64,000 nucleotides of DNA from Chthoniobacteraceae bacterium (GCA_031409335.1 JANNWY010000212.1:41471-105470), one strand, 5' to 3'; positions 1-10,713 are shown, counted from the stretch's first letter. Notes: a model not told the origin generated them from the sequence alone. Numbers and translations are program-made.

Positions 1-159
1 AAGCGGCTGGTGGACGAGAATGAACGGCTGAAGACGGACATCGCGCTGCTCAACATGCAGAACGATTCGCTTCGCAAGCAGATCGATGAGCTGAATCAAA
101 AGCCAGTCGAGCCGCCGAAAGTGGAAGTCGTCAAGGGTGACAAGCCAGGCGAGGACTGA
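1..159 (+). CDS. 3' end of a coiled-coil hypothetical protein (partial)
   Basis: Frame 1 open from the window edge (KRLVDENERLKTDIALL...KPGED) to TGA 157-159; converges on fabH. Confidence 0.6.
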   Translation, partial: KRLVDENERLKTDIALLNMQNDSLRKQIDELNQKPVEPPKVEVVKGDKPGED

Positions 160-174
160 GGAGCGCGCCGCTTT

Positions 175-1194
175 TCACCACTGAATGACGGAACTGGCCC
201 AGGTGAGGCCGCCTCCGAAAACCACGAGCAGGACGTAATCGCCGACCTCCATCCGGCCCGTGCGATTCGCCTCATCGAGCGCGATGGCGACGGCGGCTGC
301 GCTGGTGTTGCCGTAGCGATCCAGGTTGATCATGAAGCGGTCCATCGGGATTTTCAGCCGGTGCGCGATGGCTTCGATGATGCGGAGATTTGCCTGATGC
401 GGGATGATGCAGGCGAGATCCTCGGGCTTGAGATTGGCATCGGCGAGAACGCGCTGGGTTGCCTCGAGCATGGAGGTCACGGCGTGTTTGTAAGTCTCCT
501 TGCCGTTCATTTTTATGCAGTTCAGGCGCTGGTCGGCGTTGTCCTTGTTGATCGGAAATCTGGAGCCGCCACCAGGGATGTAGAGGATGTCGCTGAGCCC
601 GCCGTCACTGCCCATGAAGGTGCTGACGACGCCGTGCCCGCCGCCGCGATGCCGGAGAATGGCCGCGCCCGCACCGTCGCCGAAGAGCACGCAGGTATTG
701 CGATCGGTCCAATCGACGATGCTGGAGAGCTTCTCGGCGCCGATGACGAGGATCGTGTCGTAAGTGTGCGAAGTGATGAACTGCTGCGCGATTTCCACCG
801 CGTAGAGAAAGCCGGAGCAGGCGGCGCTGACGTCGAAGCACGCCGCATTGGTCGCGCCGATCTTGGTTTGCACGAAGCATGCGGTGCTGGGAAAAAACAT
901 GTCGGGCGTGACAGTCGCAACGAGGATGAGGTCGATCTCGTCCGCGGTGATGCCCGCATTTTCCATCGCGGCGAGCGCAGCCTTCGCAGCCAGGTCGCTC
1001 GTGCTTTCGTCGTCCGCCGCGATCCGCCGCTCCTTGATGCCGGTGCGCGTCACGATCCACTCGTCATTGGTATCGACCATCTTTTCGAGGTCGGCATTGG
1101 TCAGCACGCGCTCCGGCACGTAGCTGCCCGTGCCGATGATGGAGACGGTGCGCTTGGACTTAACTTTGCGGAGTTGCGGCTGCGGAGGATTCAT
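175..1194 (-). CDS. fabH: 3-oxoacyl-ACP synthase III
   Basis: AACSGF (catalytic Cys), PHQAN, YGNTSAA, FGGGLTW motifs; ATG at 1194 (MNPPQ); follows plsX. Confidence 0.96.
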   Translation of the reverse strand: MNPPQPQLRKVKSKRTVSIIGTGSYVPERVLTNADLEKMVDTNDEWIVTRTGIKERRIAADDESTSDLAAKAALAAMENAGITADEIDLILVATVTPDMFFPSTACFVQTKIGATNAACFDVSAACSGFLYAVEIAQQFITSHTYDTILVIGAEKLSSIVDWTDRNTCVLFGDGAGAAILRHRGGGHGVVSTFMGSDGGLSDILYIPGGGSRFPINKDNADQRLNCIKMNGKETYKHAVTSMLEATQRVLADANLKPEDLACIIPHQANLRIIEAIAHRLKIPMDRFMINLDRYGNTSAAAVAIALDEANRTGRMEVGDYVLLVVFGGGLTWASSVIQW

Positions 1195-2185
1195 AGCGTT
1201 GCACGGCTTCGACAATGTGGGGATTGACCTGATGACGGATGGATTCGCACGCCATGCGGATGGCATTGCGGATGGCGAGCGGCGAACTGCCGCCGTGCGC
1301 GATAATGCACACGCCATTCACGCCGAGCAGCGGCATCCCGCCGTATTCGTCGGAGTTGGTTTTTTGGTGGATGCGTTTGAGCGCCGGTTTCGCGAGCAAT
1401 CCGCCGAGGCTGGTGATCACGCCCTGTTTGATCTCGTGTTTCACCCAGCGGAAAATTGCGTGGGCAATCGCCTCGCTGGTCTTGAGGACGATGTTGCCGG
1501 TGAAACCATCGGCGACGACCACCTCGACGGGGTTTTCAAAAAGATCGTGTCCCTCGACATTCCCGCGGAAATTCAGCCCGCTCGTCTTCAGCATCTCGAA
1601 AGTCTCGCGCGTGAAATCGTTGCCCTTTTCATCCTCCGTGCCGATCGACATCAGCCCGACGCGCGGATTCGAATAACCGAGCACATGACGCGAATAAACC
1701 GTCCCCATGATGGCATTCTGGAGCATCTGCAGCGGCGTCGGATCGGTGTTGGCCCCCGCGTCGATCAGCACGAAAAGATTTGTCTCCGTCGGCATCGTCG
1801 CTGCGATACCGGGCCGGTCGATGCCGGGCAGCGTGCGCAGTTTGATGGTGCTCGCCGCCACCGCCGCGCCCGTATGCCCCGCGCTCACGATCGCCTCCGC
1901 GTCGCCCTTTTTCACCAAATCGACCGCACGACTGACCGACGAATCCTTCTTCCGCCGCACCGCATCCACCGCGCTGTCGCCCATCTCGACGACCTGCGTG
2001 CAGTGGACGATTTCGACGCGACGATCCGTGCAGCCAATGCGCTTCAACTCCGCCTCGATCCGCGCGGTGTCGCCAGTCAGGAAGAGTTTTTCGATGTCGG
2101 GAAAGTCGCGCAACGCAAGCGCGGCACCCTCGACGAGTTTTGGCGGGCCGTCGTCGTGGCCCATCGCGTCGAGCGCAATCTTCAT
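1160..2185 (-). CDS. plsX: Phosphate acyltransferase
   Basis: MKIALDAMGHD, SAGHTGA, IDAGAN, DGFTGN, IAHGGS; lies between rpmF and fabH. Confidence 0.96.
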   Translation of the reverse strand: MKIALDAMGHDDGPPKLVEGAALALRDFPDIEKLFLTGDTARIEAELKRIGCTDRRVEIVHCTQVVEMGDSAVDAVRRKKDSSVSRAVDLVKKGDAEAIVSAGHTGAAVAASTIKLRTLPGIDRPGIAATMPTETNLFVLIDAGANTDPTPLQMLQNAIMGTVYSRHVLGYSNPRVGLMSIGTEDEKGNDFTRETFEMLKTSGLNFRGNVEGHDLFENPVEVVVADGFTGNIVLKTSEAIAHAIFRWVKHEIKQGVITSLGGLLAKPALKRIHQKTNSDEYGGMPLLGVNGVCIIAHGGSSPLAIRNAIRMACESIRHQVNPHIVEAVQRYESSAAATPQS

Positions 2186-2224
2186 GGGCGCATTTCGGGC
2201 GCGGTGCGGAGGATCATCAAGCGT

Positions 2225-2266
2225 AAAAACGAAAGCAGCCGCTCGCGCGCGAAGGCGGAGCGGCTG
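2225..2266 (-). terminator. Putative intrinsic terminator/attenuator after rpmF
   Basis: Stem cagccgctc/gagcggctg followed on the minus strand by ctttcgttttt. Confidence 0.5.
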
Positions 2267-2284
2267 GAATTCGGAATGAGCTAA

Positions 2285-2467
2285 CTAGGCGGACTCGATC
2301 GTCAGCACCTGGCGGCCCTTGTAGTAGCCGCAGGAAGGGCAGGCGATGTGCGCGGGGAGGGCGCTGCCGCACTGGCCGCACTTGTGGAGCATGGCGGCGT
2401 GCCAGCGGTTGGCGGCTTTGCGCGTGCGCAGCCGCATCTTGGATACTTTGCGTTTTGGGACACCCAT
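2285..2467 (-). CDS. rpmF: 50S ribosomal protein L32 (Zn-ribbon type)
   Basis: MGVPKRKVSK...CGQCG...HIACPSCGYYKGR. Confidence 0.96.
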   Translation of the reverse strand: MGVPKRKVSKMRLRTRKAANRWHAAMLHKCGQCGSALPAHIACPSCGYYKGRQVLTIESA

Positions 2468-2483
2468 TTTAGTAAGTCGTAAA

Positions 2484-2939
2484 TTATTTCAGTTTCAGTT
2501 GATCCAGCGCGCCCCAGACTTCTCGGGTGTCGGAGAGCGGCTCTTCCGGTATTTCGGTTTGCTTGCGAAACGCGGCTTTGCATTCTCTCTCGCCATCCCA
2601 GTCGCAATGCGGATGGGGCGGAAGGGCGAGCAAAGTGTCCTCCCTCACCCGCTCTGTCAAGTCCACGGTTTCGCGCCCGGTCAGTTCCATCTGGCAGGCA
2701 AAATCCGGCACTTCGAGCGTGAACGGGAAGTGTTCGAGACACGCGACGCACACGAGATCGAGCGGGACGGAGAGCGATCCCGTGGCGAAAAGCCCGCCCT
2801 CGCTGAGCCCGACATCCAGCGCATACGCGATCGGCCCGGTCGGCCGGGCGATTTCATCATTCAACTCAAGAACGCTGCTCGGCTCCTCGCCTTCGAGGTG
2901 AAGGCCTTCGGATGGGATTTGCAGGATGTGGACTTTCAT
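2484..2939 (-). CDS. YceD/DUF177 family protein
   Basis: CVACL, VREDTLLALPPHPHC, WGALDQLK; immediately upstream of rpmF. Confidence 0.88.
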   Translation of the reverse strand: MKVHILQIPSEGLHLEGEEPSSVLELNDEIARPTGPIAYALDVGLSEGGLFATGSLSVPLDLVCVACLEHFPFTLEVPDFACQMELTGRETVDLTERVREDTLLALPPHPHCDWDGERECKAAFRKQTEIPEEPLSDTREVWGALDQLKLK

Positions 2940-3074
2940 AGAACTGGTTCGGTTTTAATGGGCGGCATGGCTTTCGAACGCGAAATCGGGCTTTTGGCAA
3001 ACGCGAGATGCTTGCACAGACGCCGCCATTTTGCCAACGGCACGCGCAGTTTTGCCACCGTCGCAGCCGGAAGG

Positions 3075-4238
3075 TTACTTTCCGCCGCGTCCTTCCGCGA
3101 TCACTTCAAGGAGTGCTTCCGCCGCGCTCGTGACTTCAAACCGCGATTGAAAACTCCGCGCCGCGTCGGCCCGCATCGCTTCCTTTTGAGCGGGTGCCAG
3201 CGCGAGCCACCGCTCCAGCAGGCGCGTGGTGCCCGCTTCGTCATCGCATTCCACCACACCGGCTTCGTCTTCCGCGATCTCGCGCCAGATGTTCACTTTG
3301 TTTGAAATGAGGACCGGCGTTCCGCACGCGAGCGCTTCGGCGACGGCGATGCCAAAATTTTCCTGATGCGAGGGAAGGACGAATGCCTCGGCGAGCCGCA
3401 ACATGCCCCACTTCACGTCACCGGAAACCGTGCCAGCCCAACGGATTTGGCCGGCGACTTGCAAGCGATCGGCGAGCGCGCGGAGTTCGTTCATCCAGCC
3501 AGTTTGGTCTGGCCCGGCAAATGCGAGAAGCAGATCGGGCTTCGGTGAGTTTAGGATTTTGGCGAAGGCCTTGATGAGCAGGTCGCAGCCCTTTTTTTCG
3601 TGGATGCGACCGAGGAAAAGGAAGATGCGTTTTCCCTCAAGCTCGGGGAACCGCTCCAGCGCCGCTCGCTTTTGAGCATCGGAGTTGCCAGTCGGCGCGG
3701 CGATGCCGAAGTTCACCACCTTCTCGCGACAGCGATAGAGCCAGAACGATTCGCGGGCCATGCGTCGTTCTTCATCGCAGGTAAAGAGCACCGCCTTTGC
3801 ATCGCGCAACACGCGGTAGTCGGCCCAGGGCCAGTAGGCCCATTTTTTCAGGTGCTTGAGCGGATACGCGCGCTTGAACCACGGATCGAGCATCCCGTGC
3901 GGGAATACGAAATAGGGCGTGTCGGTGCCGCGCAGTGCGCGCCAGACGCCGAGGCCGCTGTATTGCCAGAGGCCGTTGACGATGACGGCGTCGTAGTCGC
4001 GGCGGTGCGCGGCGAGCCACGGCAGGAGCTTGGAGCTATAGCCGTAGCTGGTGCGACCGGGGCCGACGGCGTGGACTTTCACGGGGCAGGCGCGCACCCA
4101 CGCCGCCTCGGGTGCGTCGAGCGAGACGATGTCGCACTGGTGGCCTGCGGCGGCGTGGACGAGCGAGACCTGCTGGATGGCCTCGATCACTCCGCCGCCC
4201 GCGGGGTTCACGGAATGGATGGAGTGCAGGATGCGCAC
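3075..4238 (-). CDS. Glycosyltransferase family 4 (GT-B)
   Basis: FLGRIHEKKG, PSHQENFGIAVAEALACGTPV; GTG start. Confidence 0.9.
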   Translation of the reverse strand: MRILHSIHSVNPAGGGVIEAIQQVSLVHAAAGHQCDIVSLDAPEAAWVRACPVKVHAVGPGRTSYGYSSKLLPWLAAHRRDYDAVIVNGLWQYSGLGVWRALRGTDTPYFVFPHGMLDPWFKRAYPLKHLKKWAYWPWADYRVLRDAKAVLFTCDEERRMARESFWLYRCREKVVNFGIAAPTGNSDAQKRAALERFPELEGKRIFLFLGRIHEKKGCDLLIKAFAKILNSPKPDLLLAFAGPDQTGWMNELRALADRLQVAGQIRWAGTVSGDVKWGMLRLAEAFVLPSHQENFGIAVAEALACGTPVLISNKVNIWREIAEDEAGVVECDDEAGTTRLLERWLALAPAQKEAMRADAARSFQSRFEVTSAAEALLEVIAEGRGGK

Positions 4239-4244
4239 TGCTGG

Positions 4245-4724
4245 CTAGCCGCTGAATTTTTCGCGCAACGCGCGCGCCACGGATGGCGGGACGAACGCCT
4301 CCACATTGCCGCCGAGGCGCGCGATTTCCTTCACGATACGGGAGCTGAGATACGTGTATTCCTCGCGCGGGGTGAGGAAGATCGTCTCGATGGACGAATC
4401 GAGTTTGCGGTTCATCAACGCCATCTGAAATTCAAACTCGAAGTCCGAAATGGCGCGCAATCCGCGCACGACTGCGGCGGCGTTTTCGCTCTTCGCAAAC
4501 TCCACGAGCAGGCCGTCGAAGCAGGCGACGCGGATGTTTCCCGCGCCGGCGATGCTCTCGCGAATCAAAGCCATGCGCTCTTCCACGGTGAACATGCCTT
4601 TCTTCTGATCGTTGAACGCGACGGCGACGACGAGTTCGTCGAAGAGCTTTGCGGCGCGATGGATGACATCGAGATGGCCCGTGGTGATCGGGTCGAAGCT
4701 GCCGGGATAAATCGCGCGTCGCAT
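4245..4724 (-). CDS. coaD: Pantetheine-phosphate adenylyltransferase
   Basis: YPGSFDPITTGHLD, RGLRAISDFEFE, SSRIVKE. Confidence 0.97.
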   Translation of the reverse strand: MRRAIYPGSFDPITTGHLDVIHRAAKLFDELVVAVAFNDQKKGMFTVEERMALIRESIAGAGNIRVACFDGLLVEFAKSENAAAVVRGLRAISDFEFEFQMALMNRKLDSSIETIFLTPREEYTYLSSRIVKEIARLGGNVEAFVPPSVARALREKFSG

Positions 4725-4742
4725 GGCGGCCCGAAGCGTCCG

Positions 4743-5963
4743 CTAAAACGTGTGAATGAAAAGCCCGGAGCGTAACTTTGGCTCAAACCAGGTGCTTTTC
4801 GGCGGCATGATCTGGCCGGCATCCGCGATGGCCATGAGCTGCGCGACGGTGGTGGGATACATGGAAAACGCGACCGCGGCCTTTCCCGAATCGACGAGCT
4901 GGACGAGTTCGCCCGTGCCGCGGATGCCGCCGATGAAGTCGATGCGTTTGCTGGTGCGCACATCTTCGATGCCGAGCAGCGGCGCGAGCAGGCGGTCTTG
5001 CAACGCGGTGACATCGAGTTGCGAAATCGGGTCCAAATTCGCGGAAAGTCGCCACGCGAGATCGTACCACGCGCCGTCGAAATACATGCGGATTTCGCCG
5101 GGCTGCGCAGGCGTGGCGCTGCCGTTTGGCTTGAGCGAAAATGCGGCGCCGACGGCTGCAAGAAACGCTTCTTTGCTGAGTCCGTTGAGGTCTTTCACCG
5201 CGCGATTGTATGGCAAAATCTGGAGCTGGCTTGCGGGGAAAAGGACGGCGAGGAACCAGTTGTACTCCTCGCTGCCAGTGTGCGCCGGATTCGCCTCGCG
5301 ACGCTCCCGCCCGACTCGCGCGGCGCTTGCCGTGCGATGGTGACCGTCGGCGACGTAGGAGCACGGCACACTTTTGAAAAGCTCCACAAACTCCGCTCCA
5401 CCCGCGATTCGCCAAACCGTGTGCTGGATGCCATCCGGCGCGGTGAGATCGTAAAGTGGCGCGCTGTTCTGCGCGGCGGTCACGAGCGCGTCGATTTTTG
5501 CGTCATCGCGGTACGTGAGGAAAACCGGGCCGGTGTCGGCGCTGAGCGTGCCGATGAGCCGCGTGCGATCGTCCTCTTTGTCGGGGCGTGTCTTCTCGTG
5601 TTTTTTGATGATGTCCTGCTCGTAGTCCTCGATGTGGCAAACCGCCGCGAGGCCGGTCTGCACGTGGGAGCCCATGCGCTGCTGATAGAGATAAATGCAG
5701 GGCTCGGTTTCGCGGATGAGCGCGCCGTTTTTTTGAAGTGCGAGGAAGTTTTCGAGCGCCTTTGCATAGACTGCTTCCGAATACGGATCAGTCTCCGGCG
5801 GCAGGTCGATTTCCGCGCGATCGACGTGGAGAAGGCTGTGCGGTTTGCCCGCGGCGAGGGCGGCAGATTCCTCGCGATTGACAACGTCGTAAGGGACGCA
5901 GGCGACTTCGGAGACGAGTGCGGGCGCGGGCCGGAGCCCTTGAAAAGCCTTGAGGCGGAGCAT
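4743..5963 (-). CDS. DUF1015 family protein
   Basis: PYDVV, IKKHEKT, YVADGHHR, MPPKSTWFEPKLRSGL. Confidence 0.9.
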   Translation of the reverse strand: MLRLKAFQGLRPAPALVSEVACVPYDVVNREESAALAAGKPHSLLHVDRAEIDLPPETDPYSEAVYAKALENFLALQKNGALIRETEPCIYLYQQRMGSHVQTGLAAVCHIEDYEQDIIKKHEKTRPDKEDDRTRLIGTLSADTGPVFLTYRDDAKIDALVTAAQNSAPLYDLTAPDGIQHTVWRIAGGAEFVELFKSVPCSYVADGHHRTASAARVGRERREANPAHTGSEEYNWFLAVLFPASQLQILPYNRAVKDLNGLSKEAFLAAVGAAFSLKPNGSATPAQPGEIRMYFDGAWYDLAWRLSANLDPISQLDVTALQDRLLAPLLGIEDVRTSKRIDFIGGIRGTGELVQLVDSGKAAVAFSMYPTTVAQLMAIADAGQIMPPKSTWFEPKLRSGLFIHTF

Positions 5964-6012
5964 AGGCGGCAGAGGAAACGGGATTCGCCGCGGGTGCGCA
6001 AGCGATTCGTGG

Positions 6013-6047
6013 AAACAAAAACGGCGACGGTTTCGATGCCGTCGCCG
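6013..6047 (-). terminator. Intrinsic terminator of the DUF1501-PSD1 pair
   Basis: 9-bp stem cggcgacgg/ccgtcgccg followed on the minus strand by tttttgttt, just after the stop at 6073. Confidence 0.65.
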
Positions 6048-6072
6048 CTTTCAAGAATCCGCTGGAATCGCG

Positions 6073-9000
6073 TCAGTTCACGTAGGCCGACTCATTCGAG
6101 AGCAGCAGCGCCTGCACGTAGGTCTCCCACATATCGAGGGGTTTGCGTTCGATCATCGTACCCTCATTTTGAATCGCGCCCATCGTGTCATTGCCGCGAT
6201 TTTTGTTTCGCTCATAGCGTTCCTTGGCGAACTTGGTGGAGCGTTCCGAAAGCGCCTTGTTGGCATCGACCATCTGAGGCTCCTGTCGCTTTTCTTCTCC
6301 CAAAAAGGCCAGCGCGATGTCCATCTCCGCCCTTTGGCCGGTGATCGGATTGGCACCTTTTGGAGTTCGCTGAAAGAGGAGTTCGTAGATTTTGTTGATC
6401 CTGCCAAGGGCAGTGTTTTGCGCTTTCCGAACGTCTGGATTCGAGAGAAGGTTGCGCGCCGCATCGGCCGCCATCGGGCTGTTCATCAGGAAGAGCGCCT
6501 GTTGCGGGACGATCGTGGTGGATCGTTTGCTATTCGGCATGTCCGGGTCGCTGAAATCGAAATGGGACATCAACTCGGGCACATTGCCACGATCGATGTA
6601 TCCATAAACGCTGCGGCGGTAGCTGTAAGGTTCGTCCGCCAGGTTGACGGGTTGTCCGCCGACCGTGCGGTCGAGTTTTCCGGCAAATTGAAGCAGCGAA
6701 TCGCGCATCGCCTCGAAGTCGAGACGACGGATATTGGCACGCCAGAGGAAGCGATTTTCCGGATCCTTGGCGATCGAAGCCTCCTGACGATGTGCGTCGC
6801 TGGTTTGCTGATACACCTTCGAGAGCATGATCAGCTTGTGCAGCTTCTTCAGCGACCACCCTTGCTCCATGAAGTAGCTGCTCAGGTAGTCGAGCAATTC
6901 AGGATGGGTGGGCAATTCTGCCTGCGTGCCGAGGTCGTCCGGCGTCCGCACGAAACCCTCGCCGAAATGGTGCAGCCACACCCGATTCACCATCACACGG
7001 GCGGTGAGTGGATTGCTCTTGCCGGCGATGGCCTGCGCGAGTTCGAGGCGTCCGCTGCCCTGCCGGAAAGGCATGCGCTTTCCGCCCGGGGACAGCACTT
7101 CGAGGAAGCTGCGCGGGACGACATCGCCGCGCACATCCGCCTGGCCGCGAAGCATCACTGCGGAATCCATGACGCTCTTGGTGGGTTTGTCGGCGACGAC
7201 CATCGCGCGCTTTGGCGCGCCGTCGTGGGTCATCAACAGATTGTTGATCTTGCCGAAAATGAATCCCGCTTTGCCACGCATCTGTTGAGGCCATGCGTTG
7301 CTCGCGTAGCGCAATCCATCGGTCGTCATTTTCCCAGCGACCTCGATTTTGAACGGCGTATTGATCAACTGCGTGATTGCTGGTTCGAAACCGGAAATCG
7401 TTTCTTCCTTAGCGGTCGCCGCCGCTTTCAGATACTCACGGCCCTTTTCACCCACCTGGCTGAACACCCGGCCGTAGATGTCCGCGATGTCATCAAAGGA
7501 GGCAGGCGCGGAGGCGGAGAATCCGGCGGCGACGAGTGAATTGTATTTGTTGCCTTTGTTTGTCGCGATTTCAGACGCGATGACCTTCCAGCTTTCGCCA
7601 CCATCGACGAACCGCTTCAGCGGACCGAACACGGCATCGTTTCGGCCCAATTCTCCGCGAAGATCATTGATGATATCTTGCTCCAGCTTTTCGTCCTTGA
7701 TCAGCTTTTCCAAAGTCAGGAGTTCCTCTGCTGTCGCGCTGCCGCGATTGCGGTGAGCGGCCCGAATATAGGGAGCGGCTTTCGCCCAAAACATGGGGGA
7801 GTATTCACCCAGCAGCTTGTAGTAGCGGTCTCGGTTCTCCTGCTCGAGCCCCGCCATTTGTTTTTCAAAATCGACCTGCAGCGCCTTTGTCTGCGGGGCG
7901 GAAATCTGTGGCTTATCCGCAGGCTCGACGATGTTCGCGAAGATGCCGTGCATCGCATAGTAGTCCTTCGTCGGGATGGGATCGAACATGTGGTCGTGGC
8001 ACCGCGCGCACGTCACCGTCATGGCGAGGAAGCCTTTTGAAACCACGTCGATCCGATCATTGATCACGTCGTTGGCGTTTCCGAAACGCTCGCCAACGGT
8101 CAGGAATCCGAGAGCGGCGAGATTCTCAGGGCTGTTCTTCGGGACTAGATCGGCGGCGAGTTGTTGCGTAATGAACCGGTCATAAGGCATGTCCGCGTTC
8201 AGTGACTTGATCACCCAATCCCGATAGGTCCATGCGTACGGGTAACGATAGTCTCCCATGTTATTGTTGCCATCGCCGCCGATCGTGTCGGCGTAACGCG
8301 CAGAATCGAGCCAGAAGCGGCCCCAGCGTTCACCGTAGTGGGGAGAAGCAAGGAGCCGGTCGATCACTGTCGCGAAGGCGGTGGGTGAAGCGTCGTCACG
8401 GAATTTTTTGAGTTCGTCGAGCGTCGGAGGAAGACCGATCAAATCATAAGTGGCCCTGCGCAATAGAGTATCCCTGTGAGCGGTCGGCGAAGGCGTCAAA
8501 CCCATTCCCTCGATCTTCTGGAGAATGAAGCTATCAACCGGGTTGGTCTGCGGGCGCAATGCCTCGTTCTCCAGCCAGCCGCGATTCTTGAGGGCCGTCG
8601 GAACCGGGGGCTTCTTGACGGGTTGATAAGCCCAGTGATGGCGGGCTTTGTCGGTCAGCCCCGATAGCTTTGTGGCAACAGCCGCAGTCGCGGGTTTGCG
8701 CGGATCGGGCGCGCCCATTTTTACCCATGCAGTCAGATCCGCGATCTGCTGCGCAGTGAGCTTCTCGCCCTTCGGAGGCATCTGAAAGTCCGGATCCTTG
8801 TAGCCAACGGCGACGATGAGTGGACTCTTATCCGGATCACCCGGCTTCACCACGGCACCACCCTCGCCACCTTTCTGCAACCCTTCACGGGTATCGAGCG
8901 TCAGACCACCCTTTGCCTTGTTCTCCTCCAAGCTATGACACTTGTAGCAGGTTTCCTTGAAGATCGGCTGGATCTTTTTCTCGAAGAATTCGACGTGCTT

Positions 9001-9117
9001 GGGATCGAGCTTTGCAGCCGCTCCCATCATCATCGCCGGTTCTTCATCGGCCGCCCGCAGTGAAACTGCGGCAGCCAGCCCGGCAAAGCCGAGCAGCATT
9101 GCATTTCTTGTGCGCAT
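6073..9117 (-). CDS. Planctomycete cytochrome c / DUF1549 / DUF1553 (PSD1) protein
   Basis: Signal peptide, CYKCH and CARCHDH heme motifs, YGERWGRFWLD, ARVMVNRVW, PTHPELLD. Confidence 0.92.
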   Translation of the reverse strand: MRTRNAMLLGFAGLAAAVSLRAADEEPAMMMGAAAKLDPKHVEFFEKKIQPIFKETCYKCHSLEENKAKGGLTLDTREGLQKGGEGGAVVKPGDPDKSPLIVAVGYKDPDFQMPPKGEKLTAQQIADLTAWVKMGAPDPRKPATAAVATKLSGLTDKARHHWAYQPVKKPPVPTALKNRGWLENEALRPQTNPVDSFILQKIEGMGLTPSPTAHRDTLLRRATYDLIGLPPTLDELKKFRDDASPTAFATVIDRLLASPHYGERWGRFWLDSARYADTIGGDGNNNMGDYRYPYAWTYRDWVIKSLNADMPYDRFITQQLAADLVPKNSPENLAALGFLTVGERFGNANDVINDRIDVVSKGFLAMTVTCARCHDHMFDPIPTKDYYAMHGIFANIVEPADKPQISAPQTKALQVDFEKQMAGLEQENRDRYYKLLGEYSPMFWAKAAPYIRAAHRNRGSATAEELLTLEKLIKDEKLEQDIINDLRGELGRNDAVFGPLKRFVDGGESWKVIASEIATNKGNKYNSLVAAGFSASAPASFDDIADIYGRVFSQVGEKGREYLKAAATAKEETISGFEPAITQLINTPFKIEVAGKMTTDGLRYASNAWPQQMRGKAGFIFGKINNLLMTHDGAPKRAMVVADKPTKSVMDSAVMLRGQADVRGDVVPRSFLEVLSPGGKRMPFRQGSGRLELAQAIAGKSNPLTARVMVNRVWLHHFGEGFVRTPDDLGTQAELPTHPELLDYLSSYFMEQGWSLKKLHKLIMLSKVYQQTSDAHRQEASIAKDPENRFLWRANIRRLDFEAMRDSLLQFAGKLDRTVGGQPVNLADEPYSYRRSVYGYIDRGNVPELMSHFDFSDPDMPNSKRSTTIVPQQALFLMNSPMAADAARNLLSNPDVRKAQNTALGRINKIYELLFQRTPKGANPITGQRAEMDIALAFLGEEKRQEPQMVDANKALSERSTKFAKERYERNKNRGNDTMGAIQNEGTMIERKPLDMWETYVQALLLSNESAYVN

Positions 9118-9134
9118 AGATGGGAGCCTCGCGG

Positions 9135-10574
9135 TTAAGCGATGACGTCTTTGACTACGTTTCCGAAATTGTCCGTGAGGCGGAAATCCCGGCCATTGTA
9201 CTTATAAGTCAGTTTCTTGTGATCGAAGCCCATGAGCGCAAGAATTGTCGCGTGCAAGTCATGGACGTGGACCTTGTTCTCCGTGGCGCGCGAGCCGAAT
9301 TCATCGGTCGAGCCATAAGTGGTCCCGCCTTTGACGCCACCGCCGGCCATCCAGGTGCTGAATGCGCGACCATTGTGATCGCGGCCCGCCGAGGCATTCC
9401 CGTTGCGGTCTTTCACGACGGTGCGTCCGAATTCTCCACCCCAGATAATCAGCGTCGAATCGAGCATCCCGCGCTGCTTGAGATCCTTGATGAGCGCCGC
9501 CGCAGGACCGTCGATTTCGCCCGCGCGAGCTGGCAGCGCGCGCTCGAGGTCGCCGTGGTGATCCCACCCGCCCGCGCTCACTTGCACGAAACGGACACCG
9601 CGCTCGACGAGCCGCCGCGCGACCATCATACGGGCACCCATTTCGGTGTTTCCGTAGAGATCCTTCACCTCCTGCGGTTCCTTGGAAATGTCGAACGCAT
9701 CGGTCGCTTCGGTCTGCATCTTGAATGCCATCTCGAAGGACTCGATCCGCGACTCCAACTGCACGTCCTTCTGCAAAGCCGCCGCGTGCATTTTGTTAAG
9801 TTCTTTCACCAGATTGAGCTGCCGGCGCTGCCGTTCCATTGGTGTGAATTGATTGCGGATATTCAGGATCACGTCGTCCAGATTCATCCCGCGCGAATAG
9901 TTCACATTCACGCCCTGATACATCCCGGGAAGGAACGACGCCTGCCGCCACTCCGGCCTGCCGCTGAGGGTGATGAAGCCCGGCATGTTCTGATTCTCCG
10001 TGCCGAGGCCGTAAACCATCCACGAACCCATCGAAGGTTTCGGCAACTGGAGCGATCCGGTATTCATGAACCGCTGCGCGACCTCGTGCGCCGGGATGTC
10101 CGTCCACATCGAGCGGATGACGGAAATGTCATCGATCACTTCGCCGAGTTTCGGGAACACGGAGCTGACTTCGACGCCCGACTTGCCCATCTTTGTGAAT
10201 TTGAACGGCGACGGATATGCGAGACCTTCGTGGCCCGGGATCGTCTTATCGGCGTACTTTGCGAAATCAGGTTTCGGATCCCACGTGTCGATCTGCGAGG
10301 GAGCGCCCTCCGCGAAAATGTGGATGATCGACTTCGCCTTTACCGGAAAGTGCGGAGTCTTCGGGGAAAGCGGAGTCACCAGCTTTCCGGCCGTCGTTGT
10401 CGCTGCGTCCGCGTCGTAGGGATTCAGCCCGAAAAGTGATGCGAGGCTGAGCGCGCCCATGCCCATGCCGGTGCGGATGAGGAAGTCGCGCTTGGTGAAA
10501 ATGATGTCGTCAAGCGAAGGGGAGTGTTCGCGAAGATACTTGTCAGTGGTGATGTGCGGTTGTTCTGGATTCAT
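9135..10574 (-). CDS. DUF1501 family protein
   Basis: Tat-like TKRDFL, PSQIDTWDPKP, ARRLVERGVRFVQ, WDHH, GEFGRT, HVHDLHATIL. Confidence 0.92.
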   Translation of the reverse strand: MNPEQPHITTDKYLREHSPSLDDIIFTKRDFLIRTGMGMGALSLASLFGLNPYDADAATTTAGKLVTPLSPKTPHFPVKAKSIIHIFAEGAPSQIDTWDPKPDFAKYADKTIPGHEGLAYPSPFKFTKMGKSGVEVSSVFPKLGEVIDDISVIRSMWTDIPAHEVAQRFMNTGSLQLPKPSMGSWMVYGLGTENQNMPGFITLSGRPEWRQASFLPGMYQGVNVNYSRGMNLDDVILNIRNQFTPMERQRRQLNLVKELNKMHAAALQKDVQLESRIESFEMAFKMQTEATDAFDISKEPQEVKDLYGNTEMGARMMVARRLVERGVRFVQVSAGGWDHHGDLERALPARAGEIDGPAAALIKDLKQRGMLDSTLIIWGGEFGRTVVKDRNGNASAGRDHNGRAFSTWMAGGGVKGGTTYGSTDEFGSRATENKVHVHDLHATILALMGFDHKKLTYKYNGRDFRLTDNFGNVVKDVIA

Positions 10575-10713
10575 AGTATTGAAGCTGGAGGCTGGGTTTA
10601 CTGGCCCTTAAGTGCCACAAACCACGAACACGGGCAATCTTTGTTTGTTTCCAATTGCCAGCGCATTTTTCGCGGTCCGACGGGCAAATTCAGGAGCATC
10701 GCGCGAGCCACCG

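Noticed and set aside
2940..3074. Sigma-54 promoter upstream of yceD (several TGGCA motifs)
   Set aside because: None gives a convincing TGGCAC-N5-TTGC match.
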